Shown in pieces: positions 40,111 through 54,894 of a stretch of DNA of 64,000 nucleotides. The notes beneath the pieces are model-generated. The model was not told where the DNA came from and did not search any database. It saw only the letters and a program-made list of their open reading frames with translations. The DNA lies in contig OZ024746.1 of the NCBI GenBank assembly GCA_964016885.1, forward strand, positions 67,332,001 to 67,396,000, written 5' to 3'. This stretch comes from Eledone cirrhosa (taxonomy: Eukaryota). Both the position numbers and the translations under genes were made by a program. Position 1 is the stretch's first letter. Each line of letters starts with the position of its first letter.

Positions 40111-43100
40111 GTGAGAAAAAAGAAATTTTGTTTTGTTGTTTTTTGTCACGAGGAATATATATATACAGGGATTAGGGGTAAGGGTGATAAGTTCTCCATC
40201 GTATGGTTATGAACCCGACTTCTTGAGGAACAAAGTCGATTTCAATAGCGATATGAAATACAAAAATGAGTGATAATATATGTGAACCACAGATATATGT
40301 CTATGTGGTGCGTATCTGTAGGTTACTCCAAGATAACAATCATTCTAAGATGCAATCTAGGATGTTTATATGTAGAATAGCTGGACTGTTTCAGTTCAGT
40401 AATCTATAATTGGTTTATGTATAAAGTCCTGCGGACGTATGTTCTGGCTCTGAAGTGAAACATCAATTCTATTAAAAGTGCAGACGAGGGCATTTTTTTT
40501 CTTTTGCTTCACTTCATATATGTTTCACAAATTATACCGTCTTATACAACGACGTAATCCAATGAGTTTTCTTCTCTTAATTGAGAGAAAATTCAGTATT
40601 AGTGCTCTATGAATAAGTTACACCTTACTTTTATATTCCACTTGTATCTTTAATTTATATTTATCATATTGTAATGATATATTTATATGGAAATATATAA
40701 TAGTTTTATATTGTAAATTAATAATGTATTTTAACTCCCAAGGGAAAACATCCGTAATGTTAAACGGAGACACAAATATAATGAAGTAATCTGTTTTGGT
40801 TATAAATACCATTAAAGAAGTATATATATACACTAGTGAAGAATAAGAAACATATATAAATGTTTTTTCAGAAAACGACTGGTCTTATTGAAGCGAATAT
40901 ATTTTCAAATATATAAAAGGTTAATTTAATTGAGATATCAGATATATATATATTATTATTACTTTATTGCCTTCTTTGTAACAATTTATCAAGGTTTGTT
41001 TACTTGAATATCAAGCTGATTTGACGATGTGTACGTCATGGTAAATCTAGTCGAAAACGACATGACATGGCCCTGTTTTTTTACCCTTGATATTTAATCT
41101 TTATAATTTGCAAGCAAGTTATCTTTAAAAGAATTTAGTTCATGACAGTATGGTATCATGAGAACTACTTTTGATATATTTCATATTAATTTGATGTAAT
41201 ATTTTTAGCTACACGCTAGACTATTTGGAGCCAGATGCAGTGAAGATGTTCGAAGACAAACATATATGTTCTGAATGGTTGCAGAATTGTTGCGAACGTA
41301 ATATTAAATCTTTGCTGGCTTTTGATTCGCTGGGGATTATCTATTTTTTGCGGGGGGCCAGAAGCGGGCAGTATCGTAAATGTGAAATTATGAAGCCAGG
41401 AGCAATGTAGAAGCTCAGACCGCTACAAATATAAGTCAGGTATCTCTAAACAGATCAGTCTATTATAGAATAATGGATTGGAAGATGTAACCTTAGAAAC
41501 AATATGTATGAAGAAAATAGGATGGCTTAGTCACCATATCTGATCATAAATCTGTTTGGCAACAGCAGAGCTGTGTCTAAAAATTAAGAATTCATATGAA
41601 AGGATTATCAGTCAGGATTATATTGTTATCACTGAAACTACTAGCTTACATCTACATTATTTCTGTAAACTCATTAATCAATCATTAACCAATCTTTGTT
41701 TACATCTGCGATGTTTCCTTTTCCACAGTCTAGGACATATTTTTAATCAATTGAAAGAAAACTTCCACATATCACGTCGTTTTTTTCCACCTCCTACTAC
41801 ATTCCACTCAAACCCCTCTCTGACCCCTATATTATTGCGATAAAGTAATTCAACGCGTTTGAATAATGTGATTATATATAAATATTGTTGTAGGATTAAC
41901 AATAAATTGACCCGTATCCTAGGCTGCTAATACAATTGTATTCTAAAATTTAGATTTACCCCATCCTTGGATTTGAAGGTTTAAGCTGATCTAGAGATTG
42001 TAGACCCTCTAGAAATGTAGTTTATAGTACATAATGAAAACCTCAAGACAAACTATTCTCGAAAATTAATAGGGCACTTAATAAATAAAAAAGCGCTATT
42101 ATTATCATGATCAACAATATCTTATAACAAGAATATATAGCTTTGTTTCATTTGATAATCGAATAAAATGCAATGCAATTACCACAATTATATTACAATT
42201 TATATGTGGTAAGCAGGTGCGTGTTAACATATATTTTGCACGTTACTCGACAAGAATAGCACGATAAATGCAATAACATTCTGAATATGCAGGCCACTCT
42301 TCCCCTTTCTCTTACTCATTCCCCCAATACTTTTCATGTTAAAACAATCTTTTTTCTGTTTGTGAATATTAGATTTGAAGATACAATTATATTGTGTTAT
42401 ATGCGATTTAATCAATGTATCAAATAGTGAATAATTACTTTGGAAGTAAAAGATAAAAACGTTTATAATCTAAGTTAGATGACTGTCGAATTGCTTTATA
42501 ATTGGTTTAATTTATTCAATAAATGTTTTCATTTAAGTATTTGTGCTTAACCATGATTATACTTGCAACATTCGAATTATTTTTCATTATATCGTTTTCT
42601 CAGTCTGTTCCTACTGCCTATGATATTATTTCCACTTGAATGTAGTGTGTCTTAATACATTTCAATAAATATTCAGAATAAAACCCGGGAAAATATTGCT
42701 TTATTTCCTTTAAACTGTAATTCGTATTCTGATTGTTTATCAATAATACTATCACCATGATTCATTTATACAGGTAATATGGTGCGATTGATAGGAATCA
42801 GAAAATCTATGTATCACATGGGGAAATAAATGCATGATTAGATCAGTTCTATATAATCGATCTGACATAATTAGTAGAATGCAATGGCTGTCACTTGGAT
42901 ATAATTCGTGTCTTAATTATAAACTACTAAGAAATATTTACGAGTCAACTCGAGTCACGATTATTTCATCCATTGTCTATAAACTCCCCTCCCACCATCA
43001 AAAAGGACCGAAAAATACCACACGTACAATTGCTTATAAGAATATATGAATGTGTTTGTTATAAGGATTTCTAATATTATGGTAAGTTGCGAACAAGGTA

Positions 43101-43964
43101 TAAATAAATTTTGTAATATCAAATAATTCAAATGCAGTATTACGTTTGAATAATCACAAATTTCTTCAACGTGATTCACTACACATTTCTACTAGTCTAT
43201 TGAAGTGTAGATTATCTGGCTTGATTAATAAAGCATTAGCTTTGATGGCAATAAATGAATGCTCGGTTGTAAATACAACTACAGCTTAATTTTACTGACG
43301 TTTCTAACAGAATTTAGTGAAGGAATATTGCCTGAAGCAAAATAGTAAATGGATGTCTCCCAAATTGAGATTTCTGATTGATCATAGTAATAAGTGGATT
43401 GATAAAATGAACATTTCAATATAATAGCCAGCATTACTGAATTAGTTTCCTGTGGAATATTTCTGAGTCTTAAAATAAATGTCAATTTGATTCAGATATA
43501 TCATTACCACTGAGGCGCAAACTCTGGTGCTTAGTAAATGGTTTAAATTTAAAAATTCCCAAAGCTTATATCTAGCATAACCTGTATTAGATGTAACAGA
43601 TTAGGTATTTTCTTTAAATCGATATGATGGAGAAACAACGACTGATGCGGTCGAGTCACCTATGCCTTGAATTTAAATAATGACTATATTACAACTGGTA
43701 TTGATACTGATGCTGTTGTTGTTGTTATTGCTGTAGTTCTTGTTCTCGTTTCATCCCCAGGTCAAGTGGGACTGTTTAGACGTAGGAATACATGCATTTT
43801 AGATTTGGAAACTACGGCGCTTTATAGTAACTTGTAGTACATTATCCAATAAATCACTTTTCATTTAAGACATTATGTTTCCAGTTGATTGAGTGGCTAC
43901 TATTTCTAGCATGTCTAATATTATCATTCATGTAGGTAATATGATATTTTATTTACATAGATAA

Positions 43965-44142
43965 TAATTGTTTCTACTATTGGCACAAGGCCAGCAATTA
44001 CCCAGTGCATTACTGGTACTTTATTTTATCGACCCCGTAAGGATGAAAGATAAAGTTAACCTCGGCGGGATTTGAACTCAGAATGGCAAGGGCCGTAACT
44101 TTATGCGTCAAAGCATGGCGTCCGACCCTCTACTGCCAGTCC
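43965..44142 (-). mobile_element. tRNA-derived SINE with 13-bp TSD
   Basis: Antisense copy; tatttacatagat at ~43950 and ~44156. Confidence 0.9.
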
Positions 44143-47100
44143 ATGATTTCTTATATATTTACATAGATGATAATCTTAAACAATTGGAAACCTGTATTTG
44201 TTGTCCCAAAATGTTCCAAATTTGTATCCTACAGGGATGGATCTAAATTAATATACATTTATGCGTAAAGATGTATATCAGTAATATTATTGGGCCTATT
44301 CTATTGACTATAACCAAATGTGCAAAGGAAATTCATTGTGTCCTTAGAAGAAAGAAACTCATAACTTTATGTATGCACGTGATAGTTTGCACGTGGATAT
44401 ATATTCACATGCAATCAATTGTTAGTTTTTATAAGTTTCATAAAATACAATACATACACGAAAGCGAAGTTTACTCTATTTGTATTTGTGTAAACACTTT
44501 GTGTGCATGTTATAAAGATAAGGTTTCTCTTTCCTCTGTCTCTGTGTAGGCTAATATTATCCATGATAGCAATAACCTTTGAGTGGTTTACAATGGGATG
44601 ATAACCCCTGTGTGGAATCTTAAATCTCTTGTCACTGACCATTTGAACGATGCTGCAACATGCCACGTCAAACTCCCAAATGAAATCTCTTTGTAAAGAA
44701 TCACGAAGAAGAAATACTAACTACGCACGAAGCACTGCTCTAAAACCTAACGTTTTAGTAATATAACTAATGCATAAAAGTTACAACTCATGATGTTGCA
44801 TGATTGAGAACTTATAAAACAACTGATTTAATTAATTTACTTTTTCCTTTAAGAAGCTCAAAGTAATAGTTATTTACTATGAACAAGATTAAGATTTAAA
44901 AGTTGTTTTAATGAATAATACATATTTTAATGTAATTATTTCAATAATTTGATATTAGGGGGCTTTAATATGCATGTCGAAATGGACATTATGAATGATA
45001 ATATTCTATTGAATGGTGATGTATATCCAATTGATAATCAGCACGAATATAACATTTAATCAAACATAACAAAACAAGGAATAGAAATATCCAGTTTCGA
45101 AAATCACGAATAGCCTCGAACTAGTTCGCAAAAGTCAAAATATTCCTTGTAGTTGTTGGCAAGAGTAGCAACGCCACACCAGCATCTCATTAAACACTCT
45201 TAAATCAAGGCGTTACAGTTTATTATATAGATCTAGATGCAATATGCTTTTAAAAATTCCTATGTTTACAGCTGGAATTTCTTTGACTATAACTGACATC
45301 TATAAGGTTTGGCAATGAGTTAATGAGAAAGAATATATTCATACACACGATACACTGTGATACAGTATATGGTACTTTAATTAAAAGTTGGCTACATTCG
45401 CAAACGAAAGGTCAGTTTAGTTTTCTTCACTCAACTTCAACAAATAATAACTTGAAAACTTCAGTATAATTTACAATAGCCACCCGGTATATAAGCATGC
45501 CAGAGTACACGGTCGTCAATCAATGTTAAATTGTTTAACACATATGTTAGCTTCTCTTTAACCAAACATGTATAATATAAGCGTATATACTAGATATACA
45601 TATGCAATTGTGTATCTGCATGGAATATGTATGTGTGTGTTAGTGTGCGTGTTGGTTATGCCAGTGTATGTGTGAGCCATATGAATTATGGACATTATCT
45701 ATTCATGAATGCTACCAGTATGTCTGAACGAACGCTGATTATAACTTTATTTCATGCACATACCAAATTTCTTGCATTTGATACTTGCCAAAGGAATACT
45801 TTTATTCTTTAAATAACGCTATGATTTAATCACGAGAAGGCTCTATGTGCTAATACCAATATGTTCAATATATTTCATCGAAGATCAATAGACATGTATA
45901 TGCCGACAGTTGAATTTGTTCTCTATTAAGTGACAGACAATATTAACAGATATTCAGGCGTTATTTGCCAGTCGTATTTCTAACTTTAATTATGGTTATG
46001 GCGAATGAGAAAACGGCACATATGCCTATATGCAGCATTGCTTTCTTTCAGTAACATATAACAGAACCCTAGAGACTTGATACATTCCCAAACGCGTATC
46101 GTAATTATTCCTTGTGTGTTTACGGCTTTTAACCACGCGTAATCTAACGTTTGGTTGTATATTCACTGGTTACTCTAATAACTTCAAGTCATGAATTGGC
46201 AGAGTTGTTAGATCATACGAAAACATCCCCCCTCAGGCTTTCTACTCTCTGGGTTCAACTCCCTACGCGATCAATTTTCTTCTTTCTGCATTCAAGGTCG
46301 ATGAAATGATGTATCTGACTAGGAAGAATTTTCACTCCGTTGGATGGAATATCTTGTGGTGCTTGCTCCGGCTGTTTGTGATTTACCTAATCCTTAATCC
46401 AGTTTAACACTACTATCTGGCCTATAGTTGCCTTTAGCCGAGCACTCATTCTTGCAAGCATTCGGTTTGGGGATATTCTGTGTGCAGAACATTTTATTCT
46501 ACTGCGACTAATTGCCCACCTTTCTATAAGAGATTATGTTTGGTGTCGGGATATTTGATCAGCATCCTATTTGATATTGATCTGATATCCGACCACATCA
46601 CTAAATATAGCAGTAAAATCCCCCCCCCCCCTCAAACAACCGTATTAACAAAAGAGAATGTTGGCTAATGTAGTCCGAGATAAATTGTACCTGTCACAAA
46701 AAGCAGGATGTTCACTACTAGAGTTCCTTTAATCATACCTTTTTAATATCTGGACAGACGTAGGTTCAACAACAACATTGATGCATTGGGCTTTAAGATA
46801 CATCTAACCTCTTAATAGTTTCAAATCCTATTTCGTATAGGCCTGATATTCCATTCGGTTCAAGCACCACTCAAATCAACGATGCAATCTATTTTTTATC
46901 CTGCAATATCACAGGTTGATGGCTTCAGGACCCAAACAATATGCTTAAATATTGATTTAGTTTTAACGCTAATGGGAAATGAAATATTTTGAATTCGAAG
47001 ACCAGCTAACAATCGAAATTTAAATATGGAAGTTTGGTGAAACATTAAATATTCATTAAACAAAGAGGACACGCATTTCTATTTTATTTAAATACAAGCT

Positions 47101-47174
47101 CACGAATATATACTGAGACGGAAGGAGATTATAGTAGAGTTTATATATATATATCAAATGGAATTAGTGTAGAG

Positions 47175-47232
<58 letters not shown>

Positions 47233-48025
47233 TGTAGAGTTAATATATATGTGTATATATATATATATATATCAAAGGGAATTATAATACAAATAAAATA
47301 GAATGATTGTTTTTAAAACTCCATCCACAGTTATAGGATCGAATCCCTAAAGTTTTGTCTATATTGCATATCACTAACATACTTCTGAGCAGATGTTAGA
47401 TCAATGACATGCCAATCACATGAGCACAATGAAATGAAACTACACCAGGCTCCAATTAACCCATATCTGGCAAATCAATTCATTTTTCTTTTCTATCTGA
47501 CTGGAATTCTAAAGACTACACGAGAACAATGTCTCCTGCTGCTATTTATATATCAATGAGGATAAGATGAAAGGAATTTATCATGTATTTTCCTAAGTAT
47601 GAGCCGCAAGAAACGAGCACTTTTTAGTGTTTGCCATTTTGCGTTGCATACAAATTGTATATACTTCGTGATGTTTATGTGATATTCACATCAGGAATAC
47701 GAACCCTGATACTGAACTAAAAATAAGATATCTACATACTTGCACGATATTATCGAACTGAAATAAAATTAAAAGAAATATGAAATCTCATTCTAACATC
47801 TCTGAAAAGATCGACGTTGAATAGTATGATCCTGTATGCCCTGAGATGAGGCTAAAGGCTAGAACGTCTAATTTATTAGATATGACCTGTGACTAAACAA
47901 CAGCATAACTAACAATATTCTATGCGATTCCATTACAATTGGACACAATAAATTACAGACTAGCAGGAGTTCATAGTAATGCACAACAACGTATTCACAT
48001 TAAAACCTCGTTTTGTCCTTCTCTC

Positions 48026-48056
<31 letters not shown>

Positions 48057-48137
48057 ATATATACTCTCACACATACACACGCGCACACACACACACACAC
48101 ACACACACATGCGCGCGCGCGCGCAAACACACACACG

Positions 48138-48249
<112 letters not shown>

Positions 48250-48562
48250 CTGTTAATAGCTAGATATAGATATAATGCCACGTTAACTTTAGAAAAACAC
48301 CGATCGAACAGGTATTATTTTGCTTTTATTGTCTCAATTTTCTCATAGTCCGAGTGAAGACATATATTTAGTTCCATGTTATCTGGATTGATTTCACATC
48401 TTTCAGCATTGTAGAAATCTGAGCCAAGCGAGGAATATTTCACGATACAAACATTCTCGATTATTGGTTACTGGTAGTTGTAAAGGCTCTCCACTTTCAT
48501 TGTCTTGTGAGCAACAAAAACTCTCTTTCAGATCTATTCTGAACACACACACAAATATATAA

Positions 48563-48620
<58 letters not shown>

Positions 48621-48819
48621 ATTTAGATATTTGAACTTTACAAAACCACCTGCCTCTTTGAGGTCAAATACCACCCTACTACCATCTACAAACTGATCAA
48701 TGAGAATCAAGACTATTCCTGCTGACAACATTAAATTATTCCTAACAAGCTCATATGTCCCAAGGCTCTGATACCATCAACACTATAAACACAGAGCTGG
48801 CATATCTAAGAACTGTCTA

Positions 48820-48875
48820 ACTGCCTGATGAGGTCATAGCCATTCAATGGCTATCATCGAAATATATATAGCAGT
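48820..48875 (+). ncRNA. Type-I hammerhead ribozyme (family E, intact core)
   Basis: actgc-CTGATGA-ggtcatagcca-ttcaa-tggctatcatc-GAAA-tatata-TA-gcagt, in TA-flanked element ~48621-48920. Confidence 0.88.
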
Positions 48876-48916
48876 AAATAAAGGATTATGAGTTCATGCA
48901 ATTGACTTATGTTTCG

Positions 48917-48944
<28 letters not shown>

Positions 48945-48947
<3 letters not shown>

Positions 48948-49184
48948 GGAGAAGAAGTTTATGAAATGGAAATGCGGGTATACAGAATTTATTAAGTAAC
49001 AATTGTTTCTATACACTATAGAAACAATTGTTACCTAATAAATTCTGTATACCCGCATTTCCATTTCATAAACTTCTCCATATTTTCTCCGGATTTTAAA
49101 ACACACTTTATTATACGTTGAGCAATCTCTGACGTCGGTTGACTCCATCCAATGCAACTACTTAGTAACATTGGAATACAAATT

Positions 49185-49187
<3 letters not shown>
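48945..49187. mobile_element. Fold-back + tail element with a hammerhead 3' half
   Basis: Arms ~48945-49013 / 49017-49083 containing GAAA-CAATTG-TT; tail 49084-49187. Confidence 0.8.
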
Positions 49188-49255
<68 letters not shown>

Positions 49256-49261
49256 TATATA

Positions 49262-49293
<32 letters not shown>

Positions 49294-49294
49294 C

Positions 49295-49313
49295 AAAACT
49301 AATTCATCGCCGT

Positions 49314-49353
<40 letters not shown>

Positions 49354-49598
49354 ACGGCGATGAATTAGTTTTTCGAGGTTTTTGATATGAAATCGTGTGT
49401 CGAAACAAATATTGTTATACTTGGGGAGGGTCATATTTATGTAATATGGTCGGTCAATGGCAACATTGAGGACCGAATAAATTAGATGACCGATATAAAA
49501 GACACAGAAGCGAAAAGCGAAAACCAACCAAAAAGTGAGTGTGTTCTGTTATTAATTCTGGCAATATTACACAAATATGACCCTCCCCAAGTATAACA

Positions 49599-49602
<4 letters not shown>
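49295..49602. mobile_element. Fold-back + tail element (family H)
   Basis: Arms 49409-49447 / 49564-49602; tail 49354-49408; extra inverted tail tip at 49295-49315. Confidence 0.78.
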
Positions 49603-49685
<83 letters not shown>

Positions 49686-49791
49686 GACATTGAAAATGAC
49701 TTGTTGTATCTCAATCTCTGTTCTACCTAATTTATTTAACCTCTTTCCTTCGCCTAACTGTATGCTATGCAAGTGTAATGGCACGAATGAT

Positions 49792-49824
<33 letters not shown>

Positions 49825-49883
49825 TAATATATATATATATATATATATTAATATATATATATATATTAATATATATATATATA

Positions 49884-49948
<65 letters not shown>

Positions 49949-50289
49949 GTATGTGTGTGTGTGTGTGTATTCGTGTGTATGCTCGCGTGTGTGTCTGTAT
50001 GCGTGTGCGTATGTATGGGTGCATGTATGTGAGTGTTTATGTGTATGATATATTTTCTATAACTATATACAAATGCCTCCAAATGTTGAAAGTTGTGTCC
50101 CTATTACGTTAATGCAAAACATGACGGGGTGTGTGGGGGGGAGGGGGGGGGGGGGGGTTAAGTAGGAACATAAGTATGTCAATGTATTGAAAAACTATCA
50201 TATTTTCAGTTAACTATAAGAGAATCAACATATTATCTAAAGCAGAGTTAACTCCTTGTATCCGATATTTTATTCCCTCAATTTTTCCA

Positions 50290-50800
50290 GAAAACCCAAG
50301 ATATGGATGGCATCATTGCAGGATTCTCAAAGGCGGAGTCGAATGCGTCACCACATGAATGTCTCAGTTGTGCAACAAGATCTGAAATATAGTTGAGGTA
50401 CCGGAGGACTGGTGGAACAGAGCAGTTGCCTGCATCCACCAAAAGTGTAATCTTGCAGAATGTGAGAACTGGAGGGGTGTAACACTTCTATCCATACCAG
50501 GAAAAGTGTACTGCCAGGTTATCACGAAGCGAATTGTGTGTGTAACAAGCAGGATTCCAACCCAAATGCTCCTGTCCCGACCAAGTATTTACTCTACAAC
50601 GCATCATCGAGAAATACAATGAATTGCAAGTATCAATTGCCATTAAATGTGTTGCGTTTACAATTGCATTTGATAGCCTTCCCAGACGATCCTTACTGAA
50701 TATAATGTGAGCACATGTCACAACATCCAAGATTGTCTCAGCCATCAATGATGTATATACTGGTTAGAAATACTGTGTAAGTAGTGAGAATGGATACAAT
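50290..50800 (+). pseudogene. RTE-type LINE RT fragment
   Basis: VPEDW..ECENWRGVTLLSIPGKVY..QAGFQPKCSCPDQVFTLQRIIEK..AFDS with stops and frameshifts. Confidence 0.88.
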
Positions 50801-50975
50801 TGCACTATAGGAAGAAAAAAAGTAGCCATCTATGTTGTTTCCGTCTACAAGGGTATTTTACCCGATGTTCTAAGGTGTTTTCACAGCTATTTTCTAAACA
50901 TATGTGTATGTGTATGTCATTCTATGCATCTATCTATGTGTATATATAGCTATACACGCAACACACACACGTAAT

Positions 50976-51019
<44 letters not shown>

Positions 51020-52022
51020 GTTTTAATTTACCAGATTTCTGATTTTCAAGTTCCAATTTTAAATCTTGATTTCTCTTTATTAATTTGTTATTTGTTTTCT
51101 GCCCTCTTCACTGTATCACCTTATATTTATTTTTAAGTTGAGATTGATTATAACACAAACACATTTAGTTTGATTATCTCATCTTAACATCTTGTCTCAT
51201 ACCAATCTATCCAACATATTCTGACCTTGAGATTGGTTATAGCACACACACACTTTATCCTACATTATTTCTCACTTCTCCATATTCATTTTCATTACTT
51301 TTTCACCAATTTTTCTTTTATTCTTTATTCTTTAATCTCTATTTATTTATTTATTTTCAAATTATACAAATTATATTAATTATTTTATTATATTATTTAT
51401 TTATTTTCTGTTTTCTTCATTTATTGCCTTATATTTCTTCATATATATGGAAGAACCCCCCCCCCCCCCCCCCACACACACACACTCCCCACCGCCACCA
51501 CCACCACTATGATGGTGGCGGGATGGATGAAGAAAATCACACACTGGATACTTCTAATTTGTTAGCAGCAGCAAGATATAAGCTGACCACAACACCAACA
51601 ACACTACCAAAATAATGGTAGAGGTCAAATGTACTGAACAATAGCAAGCAAAAACACTACAGGGAGCCTCACCCCAGAAAGAATTCTATAGACTTCTGAC
51701 TGAGGAATGCTCTCAGAACTAACCAATGGGAAGTTTGACACTTTTTTTGTTATTTTGTTCCTTTAACACCTTGTCCCTTCTACCATTTTATCAATTTTTT
51801 AAGCTAACTCCAACAATAACAACACTTAGAATGAGGAATGTTCTAATAACTGACCAATGAGAGGAGAAGAGGACCTTTGACACTGAAATTCGTTTGTTTG
51901 AATTCATATGACTCCAGTTCCTCAGTGAAATAACAACCCAACAAGGAACTGGGCATATCAGAGTATTGACAATACTAGACACCTCAACAACATATGTACT
52001 TGTCTATACCATACTAATTCAA

Positions 52023-52077
52023 ACTGCCTGAAGAGGTCACAGCCAAAGATGGCTGTCACTGAAATATATATAGCAGT
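52023..52077 (+). ncRNA. Type-I hammerhead ribozyme (family E, diverged)
   Basis: actgc-CTGAAGA-ggtcacagcca-aaga-tggctgtcact-GAAA-tatata-TA-gcagt. Confidence 0.85.
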
Positions 52078-52144
52078 AATAAACGAAGCTAAATTTTAAT
52101 CATTTGACTTTTATTTAACTTTATTTTATATATATATATATATA

Positions 52145-52334
52145 TAATTGTTTCTACTATTGGCACAAGGCTAGAAATTATCCAGTACATTACTGGTACT
52201 TTATTTTATCGACCCCGTAAGGATAAAAGGTAAAGTTAACCTCGGCGGGATTTGAACTCAGAATGGCAAGGGCCCTAACTCTATGCGTCAAAGCATGGCG
52301 TCCGACCCTCTACCGATACTGCCAATCCACCGCC
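52145..52334 (-). mobile_element. tRNA-derived SINE in (TA)n
   Basis: Full antisense copy of the 39084 family. Confidence 0.9.
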
Positions 52335-52369
52335 ATTATATATATATATTCCTTCATTATATATATATA

Positions 52370-52422
52370 ACAGAAATAGCCGCCGAAACCGCTTGAGAAC
52401 TGCCGTCGGGGTCATACTTTTT

Positions 52423-52425
<3 letters not shown>
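52370..52425 (+). mobile_element. Family A terminus fragment
   Basis: tagccgccgaaaccgcttgag..gccgtcggggtc..ttccta(TA)n. Confidence 0.65.
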
Positions 52426-52488
<63 letters not shown>

Positions 52489-52509
52489 AATATATATACA
52501 TATATATAA

Positions 52510-52543
<34 letters not shown>

Positions 52544-52567
52544 GTAAATATATATTCATATATATAA

Positions 52568-52634
<67 letters not shown>

Positions 52635-53083
52635 AATATATGTGTGTGTTTGTGTATATGCATGTGTATATGTTTGAGTGAGTGTACCTGTGTGGAATTG
52701 TATATGTTTTTTTTTTTTGTTTCTGTGAGCTCTGTGTGCTCGTTTCAGTGACTGTATATATCTTACTATTTCACGTGAAAACTTTTGAAGGTTGCATGTA
52801 TGAATAAATCATTCCTCGGGTCACAGACATCGCAATAAATAACATCTATACAAGCTGCATTTCTATACAATCGTATATATAGTAATATCAGTGATCAAAC
52901 TATTACTATACGTACGTTTTTATAGACAGTTTCAAGTTGCTTTTTATAAAGAGTTTGAAGTTGTTTTTTATCATTTATTATTATCTCTCTTGTTATTTTG
53001 TAACAATACATTCAGGTTTGAAAATTCAATATAGTAGAAGTCGCGGAATCAATTAACATCTCCCCCACCCCTAGGTCTCTCTT

Positions 53084-53116
<33 letters not shown>

Positions 53117-53152
53117 GTATGTATATGAAACAGTTCTAGTCCTGTAGAAGCC

Positions 53153-53183
<31 letters not shown>

Positions 53184-54844
53184 CTGCAGTAAAAGTTTGG
53201 TAGAAATATCCAGGGGTAAGAGCACGTCAGTGCATGTACAATATACATACAAAAGAGTCTCACCAGTAAAATACCCTCAAAACAGGAACATTGTTACAGC
53301 CTGGCTACATTGATCGAAAACTTACGATTCTACTCCTCACTCTCGAAGCCCTTCCACTTTATAATATAAAGTCTCAGATACCATATTCAGAACATAAAAA
53401 AGTACCTTTTTACAGAGGCATTATCCAGAAGTGGAATACAGGCCAGGATTATGTTTTCACTGATATAGTTCTATATGACGGTTATAGTGTCTCTATTCAA
53501 TATTGTCAGTAAACCCCTCGACCTTTTATGAACGATGCGTAATTGATTCTGAGGATGCCAGAAACACTAATCTGACTTAGTTTCTTTGTGAACTATCTGC
53601 CAAGAATATAAAACCTTTGAAGAAAAATATTGGCTTGATTACGACATCCTCGGAAGATATAAAGAAAGGATTTGAATAAATGTTCATATATAATTTCATT
53701 GCGAATGAAAACTGCAAGCCAGTCTAACAACATCTCTATCAATGATCAGACTGATTCGTAGGTATCGAACGAGGGGTGCTACGGATACTTATGGATTGAG
53801 GGAAATATATCCCATGATGGACTTTGTAAGAAGGAACCAGTAACCAAGGAGATAACATCCAGATAAGAAATCTACACTAATACTAATGTTTGGATTACTT
53901 GACTGAGCAATAGGTGAGATATGAGACATTGATATCACAACTTCTGATACATGTGAGGCATAGTGAGTGTCCACCAAACTCTACAATACTATCCGTAGCT
54001 AACAAAGCTATGAGAGTAGCGATGTAGATGGCATACGCGCAGAAAATATAAAAGAGTACGAGGGAATATTCCAGTGAAAACCCCAGTAAAATGCAAACAT
54101 AACACACCAAGTGGCATGCAGAGTATTGAATATCAACTGCCCAACATATGGTAATATTGTGTTGAAGATTAGTGAAAAGATGAATATATACGCAAAACAC
54201 ATAAAGAATATACGGATACTCAATTCTGACTATACATTTAGATTTATATATGTGATCATTTGGATAATTTGATATGTTGCTAACTATATATGTACATATC
54301 TTGTGAAGCTGGGCTTCACAAAACCAGAAAAAGTGTTAGTTAGGAATTTGCAAATACACGCCAATAATAGAACTGTAAAAATATGTAAATCATTTCAGAA
54401 ATGTATCATGTAATAACTACATATACAAAGGTATAGACAAAATGATACTCATATATGTACACATATAACTCAAAATATACACATTCATACAAGCAGTTAC
54501 ATCGTACTCTTTCACACACGCACGCACACGAACATACATAAGTAATTACTCATTTAATGTTATCTAAACTCCAATGTAAGAGTTTTATTCCTGTGTTAGA
54601 AACCGCCACTCTCTATTAGTGAGTAATATAAAAATATAATATATGTATAGTAATATTCATACAAAGTAAAATCTACGTTGTAATATTGCAACCATTTATG
54701 GAATGAACGGATGATACTGCGAGAACGGCACTGATTCAGAATGATACAGTTATCAACTCGACTGGTACACAAGTTCACGGATGAGTTTTCCAATAAAAGC
54801 GGGGCGCAGCCCCTCTACTGCCGCGCCCTAGGCTCAGGGCCCAA

Positions 54845-54894
54845 TCCTCCTCCTCCTCCTCCTCCTCCTCCTCCTCCTCCTCCTCCTCCTCCTC
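54845..54894. repeat. (TCC)~16 microsatellite
   Basis: Direct reading. Confidence 0.95.

Noticed and set aside
53540-53575. CTGAGGA-tgcca-GAAA-cac-TA hammerhead-like match
   Set aside because: Stem II is essentially absent and stem I is out of register.
53789-54223. Overlapping hydrophobic minus-strand ORFs suggesting a membrane-protein pseudogene
   Set aside because: No diagnostic motifs; hydrophobicity is expected from T-rich codons.
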